Source: an uncultured Poribacteria bacterium (GTDB lineage Bacteria > Poribacteria > WGA-4E > WGA-3G). Taken from it: DNA of 64,000 nt. This document shows positions 27,915 to 37,576 of the stretch, in pieces. Within the stretch, counting starts at the first letter, position 1, and every line of letters starts with the position of its first letter. The stretch is from contig OX638351.1 in NCBI GenBank assembly GCA_951813565.1, positions 4,448,001-4,512,000 of the forward strand, in the 5' to 3' direction. Made by a program: the position numbers and the translations under genes. A model generated the notes under the pieces. It was not told where the DNA came from and did not search any database. It worked only from the letters and a program-made list of their open reading frames with translations.

Positions 27915-29373
27915 GGGTGTGTAAAGTTTTTGGCATGAAATTGAAATGAATGGAGTTCTTGTAGAAAATGTATATAAATGGTATCCTACCCTAATAATTA
28001 TCACACTATTATAGGAGAGGATACCAATGCCAAGTATATCATTAAGTCCTTGTGAAGGCAACGATTACAAAGCAGATTTTAACGAGTTTGTAAAAGAGAT
28101 CAACGATCTTTATGTAGACATCAATTCTGACGAGGGTTTATCTTTAGGTGATGTTGAAGTCCGTGTTTCCGAAGCATTTTGTTCTTTTAAACAAAAGTTT
28201 TTAGAAATGTGTGTTTCTAAAAAGTCAAATAAGAAAGAGCGTGAACCAGTTGAATGTCCAGCGTGTCAAGAACTTTGTCGTCCATTGCGTATGCGTGCGC
28301 GTTATTTCACAACACTTTGTGGAAAAACAAGCGTAAATCGTTGGGTGTATTGTTGTGAACAAGGACATCGTCACGCGCCGTGGGAGGTCAAACAGAAGTT
28401 ATTGGGTCAATACACGCGTCGTGTTGCTGAAGCGATGTGTCGTCTGTCTGCCCTTCTTGACTATAGAGAAGCGGCATCGGAGTTGTCGCATCAAGGTATA
28501 GAAGTCAGCCACACGACGCTCCAACACAAAGTGAGTGAATGGTCAGAAGATTTGAGCGTCTGTGAACAAGTGGCACCTCAAAAACTCGCAGAAAATCAGC
28601 GTTGGTATGTAAGTTGTGATGGATGCTACACCAACTCTACTGATGGATGGCAAGAGACAAAAGTCGGTTGTGTTTACAGAGATTATCCACAATGTGGTTC
28701 TGATGCGGTGTCAAGTGCGAGAGAGACAAGTATCCGTTATGTTGCAACGCGTAATGATGCAGCACATTTTGGTAAGGAGTTATATGCGTTAGCAACCAAT
28801 AGTGGCATCTACCAAGAAGCGATAGATACGCAAGAGATTGTGTTTCTTGGTGATGGTGCAGCGTGGATATGGAACTTAGCAGATGAATACTTCCCCAATG
28901 CTGTAGAGATTGTGGATTACAAGCACGCGAAATCTCATCTGTCCGATGTTGCTAAAGTTGCTTTCGGAGAGACTGAAACAGAGGCGATACAAGACTGGGT
29001 AAAAAGGACAGAACCTATCCTTTATGATGGCAACATTACAGAAGTAGCCGCACGCATTCGTGGCTTAGACACACAGCACCCGGAAGTATCGGATATTTTA
29101 GAAAGAGAAGCGCGGTATTTCGAAAAACACGCGAAGCGAATGCAGTATAAAAAGTTTAGAGAAAAAAGGTATCAGATTGGCAGTGGTGTGATTGAAAGTG
29201 CGTGTAAACATGTTGTCGGACAAAGATGCAAACAAGCTGCTATGAGATGGGAGAAACCGGGTATCAATGCTGTGCTGAAGTGGAGGTGTTTGTTGAAAAA
29301 TGAAGCATGGAATAATTATTGGTATACAAACACAAAAGCAGCGTGATATTCATGCCAAAAACTTTACACACCC
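27915..29373 (+). mobile_element. ISKra4/ISLre2-like (Mutator-type DDE) IS, copy 1 (1459 bp)
   Basis: IR GGGTGTGTAAAGTTTTTGGCATGAA / TTCATGCCAAAAACTTTACACACCC around a single transposase gene. Confidence 0.9.
28027..29346 (+). CDS. Transposase, ISKra4/ISLre2 (UPF0236-like) family
   Basis: CDG, VFLGDGAAWIW, D..HA, IGSGVIESACK.V...R.K...MRW. Confidence 0.9.
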   Translation: MPSISLSPCEGNDYKADFNEFVKEINDLYVDINSDEGLSLGDVEVRVSEAFCSFKQKFLEMCVSKKSNKKEREPVECPACQELCRPLRMRARYFTTLCGKTSVNRWVYCCEQGHRHAPWEVKQKLLGQYTRRVAEAMCRLSALLDYREAASELSHQGIEVSHTTLQHKVSEWSEDLSVCEQVAPQKLAENQRWYVSCDGCYTNSTDGWQETKVGCVYRDYPQCGSDAVSSARETSIRYVATRNDAAHFGKELYALATNSGIYQEAIDTQEIVFLGDGAAWIWNLADEYFPNAVEIVDYKHAKSHLSDVAKVAFGETETEAIQDWVKRTEPILYDGNITEVAARIRGLDTQHPEVSDILEREARYFEKHAKRMQYKKFREKRYQIGSGVIESACKHVVGQRCKQAAMRWEKPGINAVLKWRCLLKNEAWNNYWYTNTKAA

Positions 29374-29390
29374 GCGAAATAGTTTCCTCT

Positions 29391-29419
29391 TTGACTTAAG
29401 AACGTTTATCTGATATATT
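29391..29419 (+). promoter_or_regulatory. sigma70-like promoter of mod
   Basis: TTGACT-17 nt-TATATT with extended TG. Confidence 0.55.
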
Positions 29420-29499
29420 ATGATATAAACTTGACTATTTGTCAAGAATCAATTTTCACTGTCAACCCACGCATTCAATTTTCATAACGAGGCTACATA

Positions 29500-32433
29500 A
29501 TGGCAACAAAAAAACGCACCACCCAAAAAAAAGAGGTCCAAGACTACCGACACGACAACGCGAAACGAAAGAACAACCCACCCGCAGGCATCGCAGCACA
29601 AGGAAAAATACACGATCCACCGAAGCAGGAATACGCATACAACCCGCACCTCCCGCCAAACCTCCGATTTGATCCAAACGGTGATGCCGATAAACTCCCC
29701 GAACTACTCCAAAAAGTACAGCGCGAAGTCCTCTCTGCCGAAGAAGCGAAAACAATTGCAGACGCGCTCAGACACCATGAACCGTGGCTGGAATGGGCAG
29801 GTAAACAGGAGAAAAAATCCTTTGCAGTTGACCCAGTTGCGTTGCATATACACGAACGCGTGAGTGCAAAAGCGATTTTGAAGGTGGCAGCACGCGAAAA
29901 CGTCCAACGCAGCCTCTTTGCGGACCCGCAGCAAGATTATGCTGAAGCAGTCGATTTTTACCAGCACGACGTAGATTGGGCAAACCGACTTATCTTGGGC
30001 GATAGTCTGACCGTGATGAGTTCCCTTGCGCACCGAGAAGACCTTGCTGGCAAGGTACAGATGATTTACATTGATCCGCCCTACGGTATTAAGTTTGCTT
30101 CTAACTTTCAACCCACCGTCTTTCAGCGCGATGTGAAGGATAGAGACCAAGATTTAACACGTGAACGTGAGCAGATTAAAGCATACCGTGACACTTGGAC
30201 GCTCGGTATCCATACCTACCTTGCCTACCTACGCGACCGACTGGTTGTGGCAAAAGACTTGTTGACAGATAGTGGAAGTATCTTTGTGCAGATTAGTGAT
30301 GAAAATGTGCATCGTGTGCGAACTGTAATGGACGAGGTGTTTGGATCAGAAAATTGTGTGGCTAATATTGTTCTAAGAACTCGAAGTACATCTACAAGTA
30401 AATATCTATCGACTTTGAATGATTTTATTCTATGGTATGCAAGAAATACAAAACTATTGAAATTTCATCGTCTGTTTTTGGACAAAAAAACTGAAGGAAG
30501 GTTCACTAAAGCTGAATTACCAACAGGTGAAGTTGTTTCTGAATCTTCAGAGAAAAACCTCCTTAAAAATGCAAGGTTCTTTTCAAGTGGTAGTTTATTC
30601 TCTACTTCAGGAAATGATGAAACTGCTAAACCCTTTGTATTTCGTAATAGGACATATAAACCTAAATCTAGTAGAGGTTGGCGGTGCAGTATTGAAGGTT
30701 TAGAGAAACTAGTAAAAGCAGAGAGGATAATTCCTCATAATACTAACCTCGGTTATAAGTACTACTTTTCTGATTATCCTTTCATTGAAATCACAAATTT
30801 TTGGAGTGAACAACTATCTGAAATAAGTAAGGTTTATGTAGTACAAACTAACAAAACTGCTATTCAACGTTGTATGTTGATGAGCACAGATCCAGGTGAT
30901 CTTGTCCTCGACCCAACATGTGGTAGTGGCACAACCGCCAATGTTGCTGAGCAGTGGGGTAGACGGTGGATTACGATTGATACGAGTCGTGTGGCTATTG
31001 CCTTAGCAAGGCAGCGTCTATTGACAAGTACCTTCGAATATTACAAATTCAAGGATGAATCTAAAGGTATCACTGGCGGTTTTCAAAATAAAACAGTGCC
31101 CCACATTACCCTTAAAAGTATTGCCAATAACACTGCACTTGACCCCATCTTTGAAAAGCATGAACCGATTCTCAAAGAAAAGCTGGAAACACTAAACAAC
31201 ACTTTAGCAGAAGTTACACAAGAAATTCGCACCAAACTCCTTGCCAAACTGACAGAGAAGGAAACACGCGAAAGAAAAAGATCTGTCACGGATGCAGATA
31301 GACGACGTTGGCAGCTTCCCGAAACAGCATGGCAGGAGTGGGAAGTGCCTTTTGATACCGACCCCGATTGGCCTGAAACCTTACAAGATGCGTTAACAGA
31401 TTATCGCAAGGCATGGCGTGCAAAGATGGACGAGGTAAATGAATGCATCGCTGCATCCTCCGAAGGTGAGGAGTTAGTCGATCAACCTGAGGTGGACAGA
31501 AAGCGGGTCCGGGTAAGCGGTCCTTTCACAGTGGAGGCGGTGCAACCTGCCGAAGAGTCGCTTGATGCCGATTCACCTATTGGCGGTGAACCTGAAGAAG
31601 CAACTGACACTTTTGAAGATGGAGAAGAAGGACACGAGGCAGTAAATGCCGAGGCGTACCTTGATAAAATAATCCGCCTGCTTAAGAATGATGGTGTGAA
31701 GTTTCCAGATAACAAAACGATGAAATTCGCCACGCTTGATCCGCTTGAGGGCGATGTCCTCCACGCCGAAGGAAGTTGGGAAGATGATGACACGGAGCGC
31801 CGCGTTGCAGTAGCATTTGGTCCACAACACGGTCCGGTGACGGCAATACAAGTTGAACAGTGTTTACGTGCAGCATATCGGTATGGATATGATGATCTCG
31901 TTTTTGCAGGATTCAGTTTTGATGGTGCAGCACAAACCACTATCTCAAAAGACCCAAATCCAGATGTCCGCATCCACATGGCACACATCAACCCCGACGT
32001 GGCGATGGACGACCTACTCAAGGAAACACCGACCAGCCAACTGTTTACCGTGTTTGGTTTGCCGCGTACAGAACTCAAAGAAACAGAAAATGGCGAATTC
32101 ATCGTCAAGATGGAAGGTGTGGACATTTATAATCCTGTGGACAACACGGTGAATTCTGCAGGTGCAGATAAAGTTGCAGCGTGGTTTATTGATTCGGATT
32201 ATAACGGTCGAGACTTCTGCATCACGCAAGCCTTCTTTCCTGACAAAAAAGCGTGGGACAAAATCGTCCGTGATCTCAAAGGCGTAATTGACCCTGAATG
32301 TTTTGAGAAGTTTAGTGGCACAGAATCTTTGCCGTTTCCTGCGGATGAGCATGCGTGTGTAGCAGTCAAAGTCATTGATCCGCGTGGGAATGAGGTTATG
32401 CGCGTGCATGCTTTGGGTGAGGTGGGGTATTGA
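29500..32433 (+). CDS. Type III R-M adenine methyltransferase (Mod-like, beta class)
   Basis: YIDPPYG (motif IV) before VLDPTCGSGT (motif I), TRD between them, C-terminal VAVKVIDPRGNE. Confidence 0.9.
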   Translation: MATKKRTTQKKEVQDYRHDNAKRKNNPPAGIAAQGKIHDPPKQEYAYNPHLPPNLRFDPNGDADKLPELLQKVQREVLSAEEAKTIADALRHHEPWLEWAGKQEKKSFAVDPVALHIHERVSAKAILKVAARENVQRSLFADPQQDYAEAVDFYQHDVDWANRLILGDSLTVMSSLAHREDLAGKVQMIYIDPPYGIKFASNFQPTVFQRDVKDRDQDLTREREQIKAYRDTWTLGIHTYLAYLRDRLVVAKDLLTDSGSIFVQISDENVHRVRTVMDEVFGSENCVANIVLRTRSTSTSKYLSTLNDFILWYARNTKLLKFHRLFLDKKTEGRFTKAELPTGEVVSESSEKNLLKNARFFSSGSLFSTSGNDETAKPFVFRNRTYKPKSSRGWRCSIEGLEKLVKAERIIPHNTNLGYKYYFSDYPFIEITNFWSEQLSEISKVYVVQTNKTAIQRCMLMSTDPGDLVLDPTCGSGTTANVAEQWGRRWITIDTSRVAIALARQRLLTSTFEYYKFKDESKGITGGFQNKTVPHITLKSIANNTALDPIFEKHEPILKEKLETLNNTLAEVTQEIRTKLLAKLTEKETRERKRSVTDADRRRWQLPETAWQEWEVPFDTDPDWPETLQDALTDYRKAWRAKMDEVNECIAASSEGEELVDQPEVDRKRVRVSGPFTVEAVQPAEESLDADSPIGGEPEEATDTFEDGEEGHEAVNAEAYLDKIIRLLKNDGVKFPDNKTMKFATLDPLEGDVLHAEGSWEDDDTERRVAVAFGPQHGPVTAIQVEQCLRAAYRYGYDDLVFAGFSFDGAAQTTISKDPNPDVRIHMAHINPDVAMDDLLKETPTSQLFTVFGLPRTELKETENGEFIVKMEGVDIYNPVDNTVNSAGADKVAAWFIDSDYNGRDFCITQAFFPDKKAWDKIVRDLKGVIDPECFEKFSGTESLPFPADEHACVAVKVIDPRGNEVMRVHALGEVGY

Positions 32434-32557
32434 TTCTGATTGTCTGAATCGCGGATTTCACAGAGGACGCGGATTTTAAGAGGAGATGCGTTTGTAGTCG
32501 CGCAATTCATTGCACCTTTTCTCTTTTTTCTGTGAATCGCGGGTTTTAGCCCCACTA

Positions 32558-33085
32558 ATCGTAGAACGTTTGATGACTGCTATTCAACCTGATGAAGCGA
32601 AAGGTGAAATCCCGCTGCTGCCTATCCTCAACCGTTATGCACCGATCGGCACATCGGCTGATGTTGACTTTCTCACAGCGCGAACATGTGTAGCAACAGA
32701 ACGGAGTCATGTGAATCAGGTAGTACTGGATACAGACACATGGGAACGTGCTGCTAAATTTCGGCTTGAGCAATCTGATGTTGTCCAATGTTACGTGCGG
32801 AACGACCATCTCGGACTCGGAATTCCGTATGAATACAACGGTTTTTCTCATCTCTACGAACCAGATTTTATTGTACGACTGACAAATGGAGTCCATCTTG
32901 TTTTAGAAATAAAAGGTTTTGAACCGGATCAGGTTCATGCGAAACATGCTGCAGCTAAACGTTGGATAGCCGCAGTGAATAATTGGGGTAAATTGAAAAA
33001 ATGGGAATTTCATGTTTGCCGAGATCCACAATTGCTGAGGGAGGAATTGGCTGAGATTTTTGAGGGTTCAATTACACCTGGTTAG
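32558..33085 (+). pseudogene. C-terminal remnant of type III restriction (Res) subunit
   Basis: SHVNQVV.D..WE, YVRNDHLG..IPY, YEPDFIV...LEIKG, RWI.AVN..G...W. No helicase part and no convincing start. Confidence 0.8.
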
Positions 33086-33119
33086 TTATAGAAACTTAGT
33101 ATCAATTCCGGAGTAACAA

Positions 33120-34136
33120 ATGAAATTAGCACTTCTCTCCTACAGCCATCACGGACGCAGCATGGCACGCACCGCACAAGCACTCGGACACGAAATCGTA
33201 GGTGTGATGGATGCGGAGCATTCACAACGCGAACAGTTAGCAAATGACTTTCAGTCTCCAGCATTTGATTCTGCAGGCAACTGTCTGGATGCAACCAAAC
33301 CGGACGCAGCACTTGTCGCGGGAAAACATACCGAAATGCCATCTCACGTTCGGGCATGTGTTGACAGACGTATCCCCTATCTTTTGGATAAACCGTTCGC
33401 AGACTGTGCAGATAGGCTGCGTCCTACAGCAAAGGCATCCGAAAAGCATGGCGTATTCAGCGCGCTTGTGCTGCCAAACCGTGTAAGCAGAATCGTGAGT
33501 GTCGTCAAGGAGATGATTGAAGATGGCAGTTTGGGTGACCTTGTGTTATACAATAGCAGATTGAACAATGGTCCACCATCCCGTTATGATCCGACACCTT
33601 CCTACTGGCACAACGATCCGAACATTTCCGGTGGTGGGTGTTGGGCAGTTGAAGCAGCACACGGTATTGATACTTTTCTTCAGTTTGTGGGTAATCAGGA
33701 GATTACGGTGGTTGGTGCGGTGATGTCTAATGCTATGCATAGTCGGGGAGTGGAGGATAGCGGTATCGGTGTGCTAAGGACAGAAGACGGTATCACAGGG
33801 ATTATTGAGTCGGGTTATACCTATCCGTCAGGCAAGCGGGGTGGCGATCACTTCTTCCGATTTATTGGCACAAAAGCATCGGTATTTGAGCAATATGGTA
33901 AGAATGGCGAACCGTTGATTGAAGTTCACACAACAGAAGGTGTGCAGTTCAGCGAGGACATCTCACACGGTGCAAGAATAAAAGGCGTGATGGGTAAAGC
34001 ATTTGACGCTATTCGTGACGGAGGCACATTTGAACCGTCGGTTGTTGATGCTGTGCGGATACTTGAAATTCAGGATGCCGTTTATGCACATGCCCGCCAG
34101 AGCGTGACGACGCACGGTCCGCATCCGATGGGATAA
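33120..34136 (+). CDS. Gfo/Idh/MocA oxidoreductase
   Basis: LLDKPF, SGGG.W...AAHGID, VEDSG. Confidence 0.85.
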   Translation: MKLALLSYSHHGRSMARTAQALGHEIVGVMDAEHSQREQLANDFQSPAFDSAGNCLDATKPDAALVAGKHTEMPSHVRACVDRRIPYLLDKPFADCADRLRPTAKASEKHGVFSALVLPNRVSRIVSVVKEMIEDGSLGDLVLYNSRLNNGPPSRYDPTPSYWHNDPNISGGGCWAVEAAHGIDTFLQFVGNQEITVVGAVMSNAMHSRGVEDSGIGVLRTEDGITGIIESGYTYPSGKRGGDHFFRFIGTKASVFEQYGKNGEPLIEVHTTEGVQFSEDISHGARIKGVMGKAFDAIRDGGTFEPSVVDAVRILEIQDAVYAHARQSVTTHGPHPMG

Positions 34137-34269
34137 AATACGTCCGAAAGATTGACTACATACTTTATTAACAAGAAAGAGGCGCAATGAATTGCGCGAC
34201 TACAAACACTGTTAATGGAAAAAGAGGCGTATAGGAATATTCGTATATCACTATAATGAGGAGTTAAAT

Positions 34270-35232
34270 ATGCCAAATTCGCAAACTGCAAACGTAGAAG
34301 AAATCCTACCAGCAGACTCTAAACTTGAGGAAGTTTTCAGTGACGCACATTTTACGGAGGGACCAACCGTCGCGCCAGATGGCACGGTCTATTTCAGCGA
34401 TATCACCTTCACACATCAAGCTGATATGCAAGCCGGACACATCATGCGATACGATCCTAAAACAGGGGATACCTCTGTTTTTCGATCTCCAAGTGGGATG
34501 TCAAACGGGATGAAGTTTGACGCACATGGACGTTTAGTTGTTGCGGAGGGCGCAGATTTCGGAGGACGACGGATTACCCGAACTGATATGAAAACGGGGA
34601 AAAGTGATATTATCGCAGGTCTATATGAAGGAAAATCGTTTAATTCACCTAATGATCTTACGATTGATGAGCAGGGAAGAATCTATTTTACTGATCCTCG
34701 CTACGTTGGGCATGAGTCTGTAGCACAACCCGTTATGGGTGTCTATCGGATTGATACAGATGGTTCAGTCCATCTCGTCATCGCTGATTCCGGCAAACCG
34801 AATGGTATCGCGGTCTCACCTGATCAGAAAACGCTTTATGTCGGTAGTAACGACAGCGGTTCGTTTCGGGAGATGCCTGATGAATTGCCAACTTGCATGG
34901 GACGGATGGCACTCCTTGCTTACGATTTGTCATCTGACGGGACAGCAACTTTCCGTGAAATGCTCGCTGACTATGCGCCAGAACACGGTCCCGACGGATT
35001 TGAAGTTGATGTGGAAGGTAATCTCTACGTTGCAGTCCGCGATGCAACACGGTTTGGTATTTGTGTTTATGCGCCAGATGGTAAGGAATTGGCGTACATC
35101 AAGACACCGGAATTACCGACAAACGTCGCCTTTGGGCGTGGTGAAGCGAGTAAGGTGCTTTATATCACCGCAGGAGGGTGTCTCTTTAGAATTCGTGTTG
35201 GAAAAGACGGTTATCACCTTCCGCAAAAATAG
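34270..35232 (+). CDS. SMP-30/gluconolactonase family protein
   Basis: FTEGP, SNGM, FNSPNDL, PNGI..SPD, PDG..VD.EGNLY. Confidence 0.92.
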   Translation: MPNSQTANVEEILPADSKLEEVFSDAHFTEGPTVAPDGTVYFSDITFTHQADMQAGHIMRYDPKTGDTSVFRSPSGMSNGMKFDAHGRLVVAEGADFGGRRITRTDMKTGKSDIIAGLYEGKSFNSPNDLTIDEQGRIYFTDPRYVGHESVAQPVMGVYRIDTDGSVHLVIADSGKPNGIAVSPDQKTLYVGSNDSGSFREMPDELPTCMGRMALLAYDLSSDGTATFREMLADYAPEHGPDGFEVDVEGNLYVAVRDATRFGICVYAPDGKELAYIKTPELPTNVAFGRGEASKVLYITAGGCLFRIRVGKDGYHLPQK

Positions 35233-35244
35233 AATTGTTCTTGG

Positions 35245-36645
35245 TTAAATGTTGGGATGAAGATTATGCCATGAGGTTGCACTCTCATAAGCGTGCCCAA
35301 CTTGACACAATAGCGGTTCTGACAAATGCTTGCCAACAAACTGAATGCTCAAGGGCAATCCTTCGCTGTTCATACCGCACGGTACAGATAGTGTTGGTGC
35401 ACCGTTGTAGTCAAACGGCGCGGTAAATCGTTGAAACCGCGCAGGTCGTGTTTCTTTTGGTCCGTATAACAGTTCTGGCGTAACTTTGTGCGGTGGTGCG
35501 GACATTGACGGACATACCAACACATCAATATCTTGAAATACCCATCTGAGATGTCCTGTACATTCGGCTCTTAAGTTGTTTGCTTCGGCATATTTAGCCC
35601 CTGTTACCTGCGCGCCCATATCAAGCCACCCTTGGAACCAAGGACCGTATGCATCACGTTGTGAAGGATAGGTAGCTGCATGCGCTGCTACCGCTTCTGC
35701 GGAACAGATTGTTGGCCACGCCAACACATATTCATCCACGTCTGGTAATTGCACATCAACGATTTCAGCACCTAATTCTTCTAAAACTTTCACACCAGCA
35801 CATACCGCTTCGGCAAGTTTAGGGTCAACATCCTTCGTTGCGTAATTTTCGTCAAACCCTATTTTAACTCTTTTGATACCCTTATCTATCCCATCAAGCA
35901 TAGCAGGTACAGGATTGGGCAGAGAAGTTGGATCATTCGGGTCAAAGCCAGCGATTGTCTCAAGGATAATTCCTACATCAGCCACGCTCCGCGTCATTGG
36001 ACCGACATGATCCATCGATTCAGCGAGTGCCAGCACACCGTATCGGCTTACTCTACCCCACGTTGGTTTTATTCCAACAATCCCGCACGCAGCTGAGGGA
36101 AAGCGAATTGAACCACCAGTGTCACTACCGATTGAACCTGAACACAATCCTGCAGCAGTTGCAACGCCAGAACCGCTTGAAGATGAACCTGTCCATCGGT
36201 TTGGATTCCACGGATTGATGGGAATATCAAATTCCGGATGGTAACCGCCCATTGCGCCTTCTGTCAAATTGAGTTTGCCAAGTAGCACCGCCCCCGCGGC
36301 TTCAAGTCTCCCAACAACCGTGCTGTCAAACTCGGGGACATGATTTTGCAGAACTTTCGCGCCGCCCATCGTGCGAACATCCTTTGTAAAACAGAGATCT
36401 TTCACTGCAATCGGGACACCGTGAAGCGGTCCACGATATTTACCTGCTGAAATTTCCTGTTCAGCTTTCTGTGCTGCTGCTATCGCATGGTCTGCCATTA
36501 CTGTGGCATAACTTTTCAACTGGTCGTCAAGTTGTTCAATCCGCTGCAACATAACGGTTGTCAGTTCAACTGGTGACAACTTTTTTGAAGACAGTAATTC
36601 TGCGATTTCGGTAATAGGTTTATAGTGAAGTGGTGTTTCTGACAT
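35245..36645 (-). CDS. Amidase signature family enzyme
   Basis: GPLHGVPIAVKD, GSSSGSG, GSDTGGSIRFP. Confidence 0.92.
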   Translation of the reverse strand: MSETPLHYKPITEIAELLSSKKLSPVELTTVMLQRIEQLDDQLKSYATVMADHAIAAAQKAEQEISAGKYRGPLHGVPIAVKDLCFTKDVRTMGGAKVLQNHVPEFDSTVVGRLEAAGAVLLGKLNLTEGAMGGYHPEFDIPINPWNPNRWTGSSSSGSGVATAAGLCSGSIGSDTGGSIRFPSAACGIVGIKPTWGRVSRYGVLALAESMDHVGPMTRSVADVGIILETIAGFDPNDPTSLPNPVPAMLDGIDKGIKRVKIGFDENYATKDVDPKLAEAVCAGVKVLEELGAEIVDVQLPDVDEYVLAWPTICSAEAVAAHAATYPSQRDAYGPWFQGWLDMGAQVTGAKYAEANNLRAECTGHLRWVFQDIDVLVCPSMSAPPHKVTPELLYGPKETRPARFQRFTAPFDYNGAPTLSVPCGMNSEGLPLSIQFVGKHLSEPLLCQVGHAYESATSWHNLHPNI

Positions 36646-36666
36646 GTTACGCCTTCTTGATTTCAA

Positions 36667-37524
36667 TTAAGAATTCGGACGACTACGTCCTAACAAACCC
36701 AGCAGACGATCACTTGCATTTTGTAATGCGTCTTCTGGTACAGGCACTCCGTTACACAGACTGAACCGCCAGTATGCCCAATAAGCTGCATACTGAGATT
36801 GTAAAATATAACGGGTTTTGCCCGACAGGTTCGGTGCACCACGATGCCAACATTGTGGGTCCTGCAGATAAATATCACCTGCTTTGCAGAAAATAGAAAC
36901 CGGTTTATTCCCTTCAAATTCGGGATTTTCTTGATCGTTGGGACCTCTGCCTGAATAATGGCTGCCACGGACATATTGAGTCGGTCCTTCCTCAATTGTA
37001 TCAATATCGTTTAGTGCCATCTGAACCGTGAACCACATCACAGGCATCCGTAAGCGAGGATCGTGGCGTGGCATCTCATCGGTAACAGGAAAATGTACCG
37101 ATCCGTCTACATGCCAAGTGCTAATAGAGAGTCCGGGTAGATTACGAAGCACATTCTGACCACAAAACTTGCAGTTTGCCCCGACTATTGCCTCAGCCAA
37201 ACTCAAAATCGGTTCACGAAGCAGCATATCCCGATAGATCGGATCAAGTTCAATCGTATTTCGTAAAATGAAAGGTAATGTTTCACCCGATTCAGCGTGT
37301 GCACCCATCTGGATATATCGGTGGTCTGCAAGTTCAGGGTTTGTCCTTTCAGCAAGTTCTGGGTCTGCGAAGAACGCATCTGTTTTATCTCGTAGTGCAG
37401 TGACCTCATCTTCAGTCAGCACTCCCGGAATATGAACAAATCCATCACGGAAGAATTGTTCGGCGATCTGTGTTGTTTTCTCTTCACTAAAAGGTTTACC
37501 ACTTAGTATTGGACTGTTTTCCAT
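36667..37524 (-). CDS. PhyH-family dioxygenase
   Basis: WHVD, GPTQYVRGSH, WHRGAPN.S...R. Confidence 0.88.
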   Translation of the reverse strand: MENSPILSGKPFSEEKTTQIAEQFFRDGFVHIPGVLTEDEVTALRDKTDAFFADPELAERTNPELADHRYIQMGAHAESGETLPFILRNTIELDPIYRDMLLREPILSLAEAIVGANCKFCGQNVLRNLPGLSISTWHVDGSVHFPVTDEMPRHDPRLRMPVMWFTVQMALNDIDTIEEGPTQYVRGSHYSGRGPNDQENPEFEGNKPVSIFCKAGDIYLQDPQCWHRGAPNLSGKTRYILQSQYAAYWAYWRFSLCNGVPVPEDALQNASDRLLGLLGRSRPNS

Positions 37525-37576
37525 ATTGTATCTCCTCTTAAACCAATAACCTTATTAATTCATAAATACCACACAG

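Noticed and set aside
27895..27927. Hybrid promoter at the MITE-IS junction
   Set aside because: TTTACA to TAAAGT spacing is 21 nt, too long for sigma70.
27344..27949. Short ORFs containing QINGMNA/GIHTVDL (also 7687, 54899, 55059)
   Set aside because: Translations of nested repeats in intergenic DNA, not genes.
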